This document shows positions 6,215 to 15,554 of a stretch of DNA of 64,000 nt, piece by piece. This DNA comes from Acidimicrobiia bacterium. Its GTDB lineage: Bacteria > Actinomycetota > Acidimicrobiia > Spongiisociales > ZC4RG35. The position numbers and the translations under genes were made by a program. Where the stretch lies: NCBI GenBank assembly GCA_036556665.1, contig DATBIX010000046.1, positions 11,199 to 75,198 of the forward strand, read 5' to 3'. Position 1 is the first letter of the stretch; each line of letters begins with the position of its first letter. The notes below the pieces were generated by a model. The model was not told where the DNA came from, searched no databases, and saw nothing but the letters and a program-made list of their open reading frames with translations.

Positions 6215-7978
6215 ATGTCGCTCCTCGGTGACCTCTCCGATATGGCGAGCTCGGCCTTCGTCGAGCTCGGCCTGCCCGCAGAGCTCGGCGAAGTCGTGCC
6301 CTCGCAGCGCCCCGAGCTCGCCCAGTACCAGGTCAACGGGGCCATGGCGGCGGCGAAGCAGGCGGGAAGGCCGCCGCGGGAGATAGCCGAGGAAGTCGCC
6401 GCCCTGATCTCGGCACACGAAGACATCGCCTCCGCCGAGGTGGCGGGGCCTGGTTTCGTCAATCTGACTCTCACCGACGACGCCCTGGCCAGGTCCGCAG
6501 CCCGTGACTCGGCCGACCCCAACCTGGGGTACCGGCCCACCTCGCGGCCGGAGACCGTGGTCGTCGACTACGCCGGGCCCAACGTCGCCAAGGCGATGCA
6601 CGTGGGGCATCTCCGAGCCACCATCATCGGAGATTCGCTCGCCCGGTTGTTCACGTTCGCCGGCCACCACGTGATCCGGGACCCCCATTTCGGCGATTGG
6701 GGCTTCCAGATGGGACTGCTCATCGCCGCCATCGAGGAGAAGCAACCCGACCTCCCGTACTTCGGGCCACCGGTCGACGAGTACCCGTCCGAATCCCCGG
6801 TGACACTCGACGACCTGCAACAGATATACCCGGAGGCGGCCCTTCGCGCCCGTTCCGACGAGGACTTCGCCGATAGCGCTCGATCTGCGACTGTGCGCCT
6901 GCAGCAGGGCGACCCCGGGTACGTGGCGTTGTGGGGCCATATGAAGAGGGTCTCCGAGGAGTCCCAGCGGGAGGACTTCGCTCGCCTCGGGGTCAACTTC
7001 GACCTGTGGTACGGCGAATCCACCGTTCACGACCGGCTCGCCTCGTTGGTGGCCGAGCTGCGAGACAACGGAGTGGCCGAGGAGTCGAAGGGTGCCCTGG
7101 TGGTCAGGGTGAGCCAGGAGGGTGACAATCGCGAGATACCTCCCCTGATCCTGGAGACCCAGGCGGGCGGTTTCCTCTACAGCACGTCCGACCTGGCCAC
7201 CATCGACATGAGGGTCCATGACCTCCATGCCGACCTCATGCTCTACGTGGTGGATCGGCGTCAGGCCGATCACTTCGTCCAGTTGTTCCGCGCCGCCGAG
7301 AAGGCGGGGATCACCTCGCCCGGCACCCGGATGGAGCACATCTGGTTCGGGACCATGAATGGCGCCGACGGAAAGCCGTTCAAGACACGCGAGGGAGGTG
7401 TGGTCCGCCTCGGCGACGTGATCCAGCTCCTCACCGAAGCTGCCATGCGTCGCCTGGACGAGGCGCATCTCGCCGAGGACTACCCGGAGGCGGAGCGAGA
7501 GAGCATCGCGGAGATGGTCGGAGTGGCCGCGCTCAAGTTCGGCGACCTGGTCAACAACCGCGCATCGGACTACGTCTTCGACCTCGACCGTTTCAGCTCG
7601 TTCGAGGGCAAGACGGGGCCCTATCTCCAGTATGCGGCGGTGCGAATCAAGTCGATCCTGCGCCGTGCGGACGAGGCCGGGATCCGTGCCGGGGCGCTGC
7701 TTCCACCAATCGTTGAAGCGGAGCGGGATCTCATGCTCGAGTTGCTCCACATCCCGGAGGTAGTGGACCGGGCGATCGGACTCCGGGCCCCGAACCACAT
7801 CGCCGAGTACGCCCATTCGGTAGCCGGCAGATTCAACAGGTTCTACGACGTCTGCCACATCCTCTCAGAGCCCGACTCAGGGCGTCAGGCGTCCTGGTTG
7901 GCACTGGCCACCTGGACCTTGGCAGTCCTCGAGCGCCTGCTCCAGCTGCTCGGGATCGAAGTCCCCGACAGGATGTAG
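6215..7978 (+). CDS. argS: Arginine--tRNA ligase
   Basis: Class I HIGH-type motif (AMHVGHLRATIIGDS). Length and overall sequence are typical of ArgS. Confidence 0.95.
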   Translation: MSLLGDLSDMASSAFVELGLPAELGEVVPSQRPELAQYQVNGAMAAAKQAGRPPREIAEEVAALISAHEDIASAEVAGPGFVNLTLTDDALARSAARDSADPNLGYRPTSRPETVVVDYAGPNVAKAMHVGHLRATIIGDSLARLFTFAGHHVIRDPHFGDWGFQMGLLIAAIEEKQPDLPYFGPPVDEYPSESPVTLDDLQQIYPEAALRARSDEDFADSARSATVRLQQGDPGYVALWGHMKRVSEESQREDFARLGVNFDLWYGESTVHDRLASLVAELRDNGVAEESKGALVVRVSQEGDNREIPPLILETQAGGFLYSTSDLATIDMRVHDLHADLMLYVVDRRQADHFVQLFRAAEKAGITSPGTRMEHIWFGTMNGADGKPFKTREGGVVRLGDVIQLLTEAAMRRLDEAHLAEDYPEAERESIAEMVGVAALKFGDLVNNRASDYVFDLDRFSSFEGKTGPYLQYAAVRIKSILRRADEAGIRAGALLPPIVEAERDLMLELLHIPEVVDRAIGLRAPNHIAEYAHSVAGRFNRFYDVCHILSEPDSGRQASWLALATWTLAVLERLLQLLGIEVPDRM

Positions 7979-7980
7979 CC

Positions 7981-8820
7981 ATGTCGTTCGTAATCCGGCC
8001 GGCGCGTCCCGAGGACGTGCCCTCGATCGCCGTCTGGACGAGAGACACCTTCCCGTGGGGCGACTACGTGCCCGAGCAGCTGGCCGAGTGGCTGGCGGAC
8101 GATCGATCGCTGGTCATCGTGTGCACGTACGAGGACGACGTCCCGGTGGCTGTGGCCCGGGCACAGCTCCTCACCCCGACCGAGGGTTGGCTGAGCGGGG
8201 CGAGGGTGCACCCCGAGCATCGACGCGCCGGGATGGGCTCGGCCATGAACGACTACTCCGCCGACTGGTGCCGCCAACACGGTGCCCGGGTCGCCCGCCT
8301 CGTCGTCGAGGAGGGCAACCAGCCGGCCCGGGGACAGGTGGAGAGGATCGGCTACCGCCCGGTCAGCCACTGGCTCTATGCCATCGCAGAGGTGACCCCC
8401 GGCCGTTCGCCCACACCGGGACGGCTCCGGCCGGCGGGAAGCCTCGATGCCGATGCCGCCTGGATGCTCTGGTCGCAAAGCGATCTGGCCAAGGCGGGCC
8501 GCGAGCTTCTCGCCGAGCGGTGGCGCTGGCGAAGAGCCACCAGGGACGACCTGGAGAGGGCTGTCGCCGACCGGTCCTTGTATCAGGGCGAGGCCGGCTA
8601 CGCCGTCGTCGACGAGATCGAATCAGGGATCGCCCTCCGCTGGCTGGTCACCACCGACGCCGATGCTCCAATCATGCTCCAGGAACTGTTCGGTCTGGCT
8701 CGGGAGAGAGGGGCGATCAGCATCGAGGCAATGGTCCCAGACACCCCGTGGCTGGCTGAAGCGATGAGACGGGAGGGGTTCGAGGCGAGGCCGATGGTGA
8801 TCTACGCCAAGGCGCTGTGA
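7981..8820 (+). CDS. GNAT-family N-acetyltransferase (two-lobed, 279 aa)
   Basis: N-terminal IRPARPEDVPSI... and RVHPEHRRAGMGSAM acetyl-CoA-binding-type motif. Starts 2 nt after the argS stop. Confidence 0.7.
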   Translation: MSFVIRPARPEDVPSIAVWTRDTFPWGDYVPEQLAEWLADDRSLVIVCTYEDDVPVAVARAQLLTPTEGWLSGARVHPEHRRAGMGSAMNDYSADWCRQHGARVARLVVEEGNQPARGQVERIGYRPVSHWLYAIAEVTPGRSPTPGRLRPAGSLDADAAWMLWSQSDLAKAGRELLAERWRWRRATRDDLERAVADRSLYQGEAGYAVVDEIESGIALRWLVTTDADAPIMLQELFGLARERGAISIEAMVPDTPWLAEAMRREGFEARPMVIYAKAL

Positions 8821-8833
8821 AAGGTCGGGCGGA

Positions 8834-9424
8834 TCAGGAGATGATGGCCATCGTGGCCACCGCCCACACCACGAACATGACCGGGACCTCGGCCCTTTCG
8901 AGCCACTCCGGACCGTTGGGATACCAGCGGACCAACAGAGAGAGCGGGACACCAATGAGGGGCATCACGGTGAGACCGGCGATGCCGACCGCCCTCACCC
9001 CTTCCGCCCCCTTGACGATGGGAACGGGCACGCTGTCGAGAATCCCGTCCACCAGTCCGTAGACCAGGAGGGCAAGCAGGCCTACGACGAGCACCGCCAG
9101 GGTTCGCCCGATCCCGACCTCCCACAACTTGAATCCGACCAGACGGCGCCCCCGGCCCAGTGGGCCTTCCGCCGCCAGCCCGAGGGCGAACAACCCGATG
9201 ACGGCCAGGACCAGCGCCGAGGCGAGCATCGCCCCGGTGGAGAGGTCCTGTTGCACGGAAACCAACTCGAATCCCGCCAGGAGCACGGCGATGGAGAGCC
9301 CGACCAGCAGACTGCCGACCACCATGAGGCCGATGTCGAGCATCGTGCCGAAGGCACCGTAGGCCAGGATGGCATAACGCTTGAGCAGCCCCCGTGTGTC
9401 GGCCCGGGCCACACCCTCCATCAA
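8834..9424 (-). CDS. Polytopic membrane protein, function unknown (196 aa)
   Basis: Five to six hydrophobic spans. The start overlaps the glcF stop by 4 nt (ATGA), implying co-translation with glcDEF. Confidence 0.55.
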   Translation of the reverse strand: MMEGVARADTRGLLKRYAILAYGAFGTMLDIGLMVVGSLLVGLSIAVLLAGFELVSVQQDLSTGAMLASALVLAVIGLFALGLAAEGPLGRGRRLVGFKLWEVGIGRTLAVLVVGLLALLVYGLVDGILDSVPVPIVKGAEGVRAVGIAGLTVMPLIGVPLSLLVRWYPNGPEWLERAEVPVMFVVWAVATMAIIS

Positions 9425-10674
9425 ACCGGCTTCTCCATCGGCCGGACCTTACCGATCATCCCCCTGGCCTGTAAGGCTTCGTGATACCACTCGATCGGAT
9501 GGGCGATCCGGTATTCGGGGCCCAGGAAGGACCGAAGCTGCATCTCGCAGCCGGGATTGGCCGAGGCCACCCGGGTGACATCACGGGAGCGCACCTGATC
9601 CGCCTTTTGCTCGCCGAGCCGTTGCGACGCCTCGGGCTGAAGCACGGTGTACAGCCCGGCGGCACCACAGCACATGCCGGCCGGATCGATCTCGAGCACC
9701 TGGTAGCCGGCTGCTGCAAGCACCGCTCGCGGCTCGGCGGTGATCCGTTGGGCGTGCCGCAGGTGGCACGGGTCCTGGATCGCGATCCGCCCCGTCTCAC
9801 CCGCGATCCTGGGGAGCAACCCGGCGTCGATCGCGCGTGCCACGGCAACCGTCACGTCCACCGTCTTCTCCCCGAGCGCCGCTCCCTCACCGGCCCAATG
9901 CCGGTACTCGCGGACGTGGGCCGAGCAGCCCGCCCCGCTCACCACCACCTGGTCGTAGCGAGTGAACACGGGGACGTTCCGCTCGGCCAGCCGGCGTGCC
10001 TCGCTCGATTTGCCGTCATGCGCCGCCAGGGCACCGCAGCAGGTCTGGGTGGCAGGAACCTCCACCCTGTACCCGGCCAACTCGAGCAACTCGATCGCGG
10101 CGTGATTCACCGGTCGGAACCACTCGTCCTGCACACATCCGGCCAGCAACCCGATCACACCGAGGGAGCCCTCGCCGCCCTCGTGCCCGATGGTGGGCGG
10201 CGGCCTCCCGCGCAGGCTGCGCAGACCCGACGAAAGTCGCCGGAACCTGGATGGAGCCAGTGAGGTGGCCCCGATCGCCTGGGCGATCCTGAGGGTGCCG
10301 CTGCCCCATCTGAGTGCGGCCCTGGAGCCCAGCACGGGCCCGAGTAGGACCGACCGGATCCGATGCCCGATAGAAGGCCGCTGCGCCACGATCTCGGCTC
10401 TGGTTCCCTCGAGGGCCCTGCCATAGGGGACCATGCCCGGGCAGATCGGCTCACATGCCCGACACCCGAGGCAGAAGTCGATGATCCTCTGAAACGCTTC
10501 GTCCACCTCGAGAACCCCCTGATGGACCGCCTTCATCGCATGGAGCCGGCCGCGCGGTGCGGCGGTTTCCCGTCCGGTGAGACGGAAGGTCGGGCACACC
10601 GGGAGGCATAGGCCACATTGGACGCACGCATTCAGCTCCTCAGTGGTCGGGTGCTCGTCGGTGACCCAGGCCAT
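9421..10674 (-). CDS. glcF: Glycolate oxidase-type iron-sulfur subunit (GlcF-like)
   Basis: CVQCGLCLPVCPTF and CLGCRACEPICP ferredoxin-type clusters plus C-terminal CCG-type cysteine-rich domains. 1-nt overlap with the glcE stop. Confidence 0.8.
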   Translation of the reverse strand: MAWVTDEHPTTEELNACVQCGLCLPVCPTFRLTGRETAAPRGRLHAMKAVHQGVLEVDEAFQRIIDFCLGCRACEPICPGMVPYGRALEGTRAEIVAQRPSIGHRIRSVLLGPVLGSRAALRWGSGTLRIAQAIGATSLAPSRFRRLSSGLRSLRGRPPPTIGHEGGEGSLGVIGLLAGCVQDEWFRPVNHAAIELLELAGYRVEVPATQTCCGALAAHDGKSSEARRLAERNVPVFTRYDQVVVSGAGCSAHVREYRHWAGEGAALGEKTVDVTVAVARAIDAGLLPRIAGETGRIAIQDPCHLRHAQRITAEPRAVLAAAGYQVLEIDPAGMCCGAAGLYTVLQPEASQRLGEQKADQVRSRDVTRVASANPGCEMQLRSFLGPEYRIAHPIEWYHEALQARGMIGKVRPMEKPV

Positions 10675-11735
10675 CAGATCCCTCCCGGGAGGCGGCCAGG
10701 GTTGATGACCCGGCCCGGGTCGAATTGGGCGATGAGCCGCCGCTGGAGGTCGAGCCCGGGTGGGGGTGAGCCCCAGGGGTCGAGGCCGGAGAGACCACCA
10801 CTTGGAGCGTCGACCACCACCAGCGCCCCACCACGCTCCTCCGCCCAGGAGCGGAGCGATTCGGCGCCATCGATCGCCGGGGAGGAGGCTCTGATCTCGC
10901 CGACCCTATGGATGGCGAGGTAGCTCCATTCCGCGGGGACCCGGGCGATGGCTTCCCTGGTGAGTGCAGGTGGCACCCGTAGCGACCAGCGAAAGCTGCC
11001 CGTCGGATCCGGGGGCCAGTCGAGACCGGCGACGACATGGCCGTCGAGCCGTGAGGAGGTGGCGTCGACCTCTTCCTCGGTCCCCCAGAGGAAGACCCGC
11101 TTGACCCCGTCGTGTTCCAGGACGGCGAGGGGGCGAACCACCCGGTCGGCGAAAGCCAGGTCGTCGACGGTCACCGTCGCCGACGCCTGCGGGGTCGACC
11201 ACAGCTTGAGACAGATGCCGACGATCACGCCGAGGGACCCGAACGCACCCACCGCCAGGCGGGGAAGGTCGAACCCGCTCACGTTCTTCACCACCCTGCC
11301 GCCCGCCCGGACGATCCGCCCATCGCCGGTCACCAGGGTCACCTCGAGAATCCGCTCCCGGGTGCCGAGGAGACGCCCGCGACGCAGTGATGACACACCG
11401 GCTGCGACCACCCCGCCCACCGTCGAGGCGCCAGGGATCTCGGGCATGACAGCGGTTTGCGAACGGGTGGCCAACGTCTCCTCCAACTCCGCCACCGGGG
11501 TCCCAGACCTCACCGTCACGGTCAGGTCGTCGGGATCCCATTCCTCGATCCCGGTCAGACCGCTCATCGAGAGGACCAAATCGGGTGGGCTGGGCGCCCC
11601 GTATCCCTGCCGGGTGCCTCCCCCGACCACCTGCACGACCTTCCGCTCCTTCGTCGCCCGACGAAGGATGGCGGCGAGAGAATCGATGTCGGCGGGAGCA
11701 ACCTGTTCTGCTCCCGCCGTCACCGCTTCGGTCAT
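10674..11735 (-). CDS. glcE: Glycolate oxidase-type FAD-binding subunit (GlcE-like)
   Basis: Trimmed to the ATG at 11735 (MTEAVTAG...), which makes an ATGA overlap with the glcD stop. FAD_binding_4-like sequence. Confidence 0.75.
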   Translation of the reverse strand: MTEAVTAGAEQVAPADIDSLAAILRRATKERKVVQVVGGGTRQGYGAPSPPDLVLSMSGLTGIEEWDPDDLTVTVRSGTPVAELEETLATRSQTAVMPEIPGASTVGGVVAAGVSSLRRGRLLGTRERILEVTLVTGDGRIVRAGGRVVKNVSGFDLPRLAVGAFGSLGVIVGICLKLWSTPQASATVTVDDLAFADRVVRPLAVLEHDGVKRVFLWGTEEEVDATSSRLDGHVVAGLDWPPDPTGSFRWSLRVPPALTREAIARVPAEWSYLAIHRVGEIRASSPAIDGAESLRSWAEERGGALVVVDAPSGGLSGLDPWGSPPPGLDLQRRLIAQFDPGRVINPGRLPGGI

Positions 11736-13156
11736 ACCCAGGCACCGTGCGGGATCTGCCGTCTCACGCCCCCGAAGTCGAAGCATCGAGATCCCTCGGG
11801 GAGCACCTTGGCCGGGTTGAAGATCCCCTCCGGGTCGAACACCTCCTTGAGACGCGCCTGGGCGTCGAGATCGATCTCGGAGAACCCGGTGCGCATCATC
11901 TCCCGCTTCTCCACGCCGATCCCATGCTCCCCGGAGAGAGCGCCGCCGCGGCGCATGCAGGCAGCGACCATCTCCTCACCGGCGCGTAGGACCTTTTCGA
12001 CCATCCCGGGCTCGGACGAGTCGAAGGCCATCAGAGGATGGAGGTTCCCATCGCCGGCGTGGAGCACGTTGTATACGGCGAGACCATGACGATCGGCGAT
12101 CGCCTGCACCTCTTCCATGGTCTCGACCAGCTTCGATCGGGGCACCACCGTGTCGTGCAGGTAATAGTCGGGCGAGACCTGGGCCACCGCCCCGAAAGCC
12201 GACTTTCGCCCCTTCCAGAGCAGATCGCGATGGTCCTGGTCGCGGGCGATCTGGACCTGGCAAGCCCCGTTCTCGCGACCGATACGATCGATGATCGCCG
12301 CCTCCGCCTCCACCGCCTCGGCCGTGCCCACCACCTCGGCGAGGAGGCCGGCAGCCGACTCGGTCGGCAGCCCGCAATGCAGCCAGGTCTCGACCGCGGT
12401 CATCATGTTCTGGTCCATGATCTCCAGCGCCGCCGGCACCAGACCCGAGGCGATCACGTCCGACACCGTCTTGGTCGCACCGCTGAGATTCGTGAAATCG
12501 AGGAGCAGGGTTCGGACGTCAGCCTCGATGGGGAGGAGCCGGACCAAGGCCCTGGTCACCACCCCGAGCGTCCCCTCCGAGCCGACAATGAGCCCCTTCA
12601 GGTCGAGCCCCGGCATGTCTGGGGCGGATCCGCCCAGGACGAGCACCGCGCCCCCTGCCAACACCACCTCGAGGCCGAGCACATGGCTGGTCGTCGCGCC
12701 CTCGGCGAGACAATGTGCCCCACCCGAGTTGTTGGCCACGTTCCCACCGATGGTGCAGGCGGATTGCGACGAGGGGTCGGGAGCAAAGTGGAGCCCGTAC
12801 GGCTCTGCGGCGCGAGTCAGGTCGAGATTGATCACACCGGCGCCCACCCACGCCGTTCTATTCTCGGGGTCGATCTCGATCTGGTTCATCGAGGTCGTGG
12901 AGAGGACGATGCCGCCCTGAATCGGGGTGGCCCCGGCGGTGAGACCGGTCCCTGCCCCGCGCGGCACGATTGGGACGTGATGGGCCTCGGCCAGCCTCAC
13001 CACGTCGGCAACCTCCTCGGTCGTCCCGGGGAAGACGACACATGTCGGCTGGCCCCGGGTCAAGGACGCATCCTTCGAGTACAGGTACAGCTCGACCGCC
13101 TCGTCGAGCACCCGATCTTCCCCGAGTCTCGCCCGCAGCTCACCGATCAGACTCAC
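11732..13156 (-). CDS. glcD: FAD-linked 2-hydroxyacid (glycolate) oxidase subunit GlcD-like
   Basis: The VPRGAGTGLTAGA FAD-binding motif and the C-terminal FAD-oxidase domain with GEHGIG are typical of GlcD and D-lactate dehydrogenase. Confidence 0.85.
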   Translation of the reverse strand: MSLIGELRARLGEDRVLDEAVELYLYSKDASLTRGQPTCVVFPGTTEEVADVVRLAEAHHVPIVPRGAGTGLTAGATPIQGGIVLSTTSMNQIEIDPENRTAWVGAGVINLDLTRAAEPYGLHFAPDPSSQSACTIGGNVANNSGGAHCLAEGATTSHVLGLEVVLAGGAVLVLGGSAPDMPGLDLKGLIVGSEGTLGVVTRALVRLLPIEADVRTLLLDFTNLSGATKTVSDVIASGLVPAALEIMDQNMMTAVETWLHCGLPTESAAGLLAEVVGTAEAVEAEAAIIDRIGRENGACQVQIARDQDHRDLLWKGRKSAFGAVAQVSPDYYLHDTVVPRSKLVETMEEVQAIADRHGLAVYNVLHAGDGNLHPLMAFDSSEPGMVEKVLRAGEEMVAACMRRGGALSGEHGIGVEKREMMRTGFSEIDLDAQARLKEVFDPEGIFNPAKVLPEGSRCFDFGGVRRQIPHGAWV

Positions 13157-13204
13157 AGCCGTGAGGGTAGTTCTAGGACTGCGAACCTCAGCTTCAGCCT
13201 GGCG

Positions 13205-14743
13205 TCAGGGAGCCCCCCATCCCCCACCGCCGGGCGTGAAAACGAGGAGGCGGTCGCCTGGGGCGACCGCCGTCGTGGTCTTGCCGGGCAGCCGCTCCCT
13301 CTTGCCATGGCTGGTGATGAGCCAGTCCTCGCCGGTCGCTCCCGGGCCGCCTCCGGCCAGACCCCAGGGATGATGCCTCCGTCGCTCTCCCATCAGGGAC
13401 AGGGTCGCCTCCGCCAGGAACAGGATTTCTCGCTCGATCCCCTCACCTCCGGGGAACCGCCCTGCGCCGCCGCTTCCCCGGCGCAGGGTGTACCGCTCGA
13501 CCCGGAACGGGAAGTGCGCGTCGAGAGACTCGATCGGGGTGTTCTCGGTATTGGTCATCCCGGTGTGGATGCCGGACTGGCCCGCCCTCCCCGGCCGGCC
13601 CCCCTGACCCCCCGCCACGGTTTCGTAGTAGGCGAAGTCGTCGCTTCCGATGAGGACGTTGTTCATCGTCCCCTGCGATGCAGCCGGAACCCGATTCGGC
13701 GCCGCCTGGGCCAGCGCCCCCAGGACCACGTCGGCGATCCTCTGGCTCGTCTCGACGTTACCGGCGGCCACGGCCGCAGGCGGCAAGGCATTGACGATCG
13801 TGCCCGCTGGGGCCACCAGCTCGATCGGCCGGTAACAGCCGCCGTTGGCCGGGATGGTGGGGTCGGTGGCCACCCGCAAGGCGAAATAGAGGCAGGACCT
13901 GGTCACAGCCTCGACCGCGTTGAAGTTGGATGCGATCTGACCGTGAGAGCCTGTGAAGTCGGCGAGGAGGCGGCCACCGTCGATGACGACCCGAACCCGG
14001 ATCACCACATCCTCTTCCCCGTGCTCCATGAAGTCATGAAACGAGTACTCCCCGTCGGGCAGCCCGGCCAATGCGGCCGTCATCCTCCTCTCCCCGTAAT
14101 CGAGCAACGAGTCGGTGAGAGCGGCGAATTCGGCGACACCGGCGCCCGACACGAGCTCGGCGAGACGGGCCGCCCCGACCGCATTGGCGCCGATTTGGGC
14201 AGCGAGATCACCCCGTCTCTCCCAGGGGGTGCGCGAGGCAGCGATGAATGGATCGGCGAATTCCTCCGCCCACCGGTCGTCGTGCACAGCGATCATCGGG
14301 TTGACGACGTGCCCCTCTTGTTCGAGCCGGGTGGCATGGGCAGGCATCGACCCGGGGGCCTCGCCGCCGACATCGGCATGGTGGGCCCGGTTGGCCACCC
14401 ATGCGACATGGTCGCTGCCGACGAAGACGGGGGCGACCAGGGTGAGGTCGTTGAGGTGAGTGCCGCCGGCGAAGGGATCGTTCACCGCGAACTGGGTCCC
14501 GGGTGCCGGCTCGAAGAGGCGGAGACACGCCATCACCGATTCGGGCATCGACCCGAGGTGGACCGGAATGTGCTCCGCCTGGGCCAGCATCTCGCCCCCG
14601 GAGGTGAACACCGCGGCCGAGCAATCCGCCCTCTCCTTGATGTTCGGAGAGAGGGAGGTGTGCCGGAGCACCACTCCCATCTCGTCGGCCACCGCAGCCA
14701 GCCGGTTACGGGCGACCTCGAGAGTGATCGGGTCGGTGGTCAC
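13205..14743 (-). CDS. Hydantoinase B / oxoprolinase family protein (HyuB-like, 512 aa)
   Basis: GTG start at 14743 (VTTDPITLEVARNRLAAVADEM...), the canonical HyuB N-terminus. GTGA overlap with the stop of the preceding AlkD-like gene. The 792-aa track ORF is an out-of-frame upstream extension. Confidence 0.85.
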   Translation of the reverse strand: MTTDPITLEVARNRLAAVADEMGVVLRHTSLSPNIKERADCSAAVFTSGGEMLAQAEHIPVHLGSMPESVMACLRLFEPAPGTQFAVNDPFAGGTHLNDLTLVAPVFVGSDHVAWVANRAHHADVGGEAPGSMPAHATRLEQEGHVVNPMIAVHDDRWAEEFADPFIAASRTPWERRGDLAAQIGANAVGAARLAELVSGAGVAEFAALTDSLLDYGERRMTAALAGLPDGEYSFHDFMEHGEEDVVIRVRVVIDGGRLLADFTGSHGQIASNFNAVEAVTRSCLYFALRVATDPTIPANGGCYRPIELVAPAGTIVNALPPAAVAAGNVETSQRIADVVLGALAQAAPNRVPAASQGTMNNVLIGSDDFAYYETVAGGQGGRPGRAGQSGIHTGMTNTENTPIESLDAHFPFRVERYTLRRGSGGAGRFPGGEGIEREILFLAEATLSLMGERRRHHPWGLAGGGPGATGEDWLITSHGKRERLPGKTTTAVAPGDRLLVFTPGGGGWGAP

Positions 14744-15435
14744 AGCAGATGCCCGATGTGCTTGGTCGCCTCGCGATAGGAGAGGCCAGAGAGCCGATCC
14801 CGGTGCCCCGTCACGAAATCGGCCACGGCGTCGGGGTAGATCCTGGCGTACTCGCGCAGGGCCCAGCCAATTGCCTTGCGTATGAAGAACTCCCGTTCGA
14901 AGGCCCTTCGGGCGCAGAAGTCGAAGAGGCGGTCGGCATCGGTGTCCTCCTTCGCCCCGACCTGGCAGATGATGGCCGACCGCCGCAGCCAGATGTCGGG
15001 ATCGTCGACCCAGCCGTCGACGACCGACCATGTCTCGATCGGGTGAGCTACGACGAGGGTACGGACCAGGTGAGTCGCCACGTCGTCGACCAGGTCCCAC
15101 CAGGCCCCTTCCACGATGAGCTTCTGATAGAGGGCGAGTGATTCGGGGACGATGTGGAGGCGGAAACGCCTGGCATACCCGAGCGCGAGATACTTCTCCT
15201 CTCGATGGGGGAGACTCCACAACGTGAGCACCATCGCCTCGTACTCGGCCCGGTTCGAGGGCGGGTAGTCGCCGACCAGCGAGGAGAGGATGGAGGCCCT
15301 CCCCGGTTTCTGCACGCCATAGAAGGGCATGTCGGTCTTCATGTATGCCTGCATGTCGACCGCCTTGGCCGGGTCGGCCGCCGCCCTGAGAGACGTCTGC
15401 ACGAACTCGATCAGGGATGAACTCGATTGGGACAT
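14740..15435 (-). CDS. AlkD-like HEAT-repeat DNA alkylation repair glycosylase (231 aa)
   Basis: Start ATG 15435 (MSQSSSSLIEF...). Shows block-by-block similarity to Bacillus AlkD as I remember it: PAKAVDMQAYMK, AWWDLVD, DIWLRRSAI, EFFIRKAIGWALREYAR, LSYREATKHI. The catalytic-type Trp and Asp positions are retained. Confidence 0.85.
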   Translation of the reverse strand: MSQSSSSLIEFVQTSLRAAADPAKAVDMQAYMKTDMPFYGVQKPGRASILSSLVGDYPPSNRAEYEAMVLTLWSLPHREEKYLALGYARRFRLHIVPESLALYQKLIVEGAWWDLVDDVATHLVRTLVVAHPIETWSVVDGWVDDPDIWLRRSAIICQVGAKEDTDADRLFDFCARRAFEREFFIRKAIGWALREYARIYPDAVADFVTGHRDRLSGLSYREATKHIGHLL

Positions 15436-15554
15436 GTGGCCGCCTTCGCATTGCCGCCGACGGGAGCGTAAACAGGCCACCAGCCGGCGATCGGCGAGTG
15501 CCCCTGGCGGTGCGACGTGATGCGCCGTCGGGGCAGTTGACCCCGGGTGAACCT

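Noticed and set aside
12038-14779. A 913-aa stop-free ORF on the plus strand. Similar long ORFs occur at 6191..7858(-), 23322..24671(-), 37814..39118(-), 40665..42245(-), 46556..48124(+), 58290..59345(-) and 59394..60497(-).
   Set aside because: Each lies antisense to, or out of frame with, a gene with unmistakable family motifs (glcD/hyuB, argS, purA, ABC genes, purF, xdh, the FG-GAP protein, the aminotransferase). Their translations are Arg/Pro/Gly-rich low-complexity sequence typical of spurious frames in high-GC DNA.
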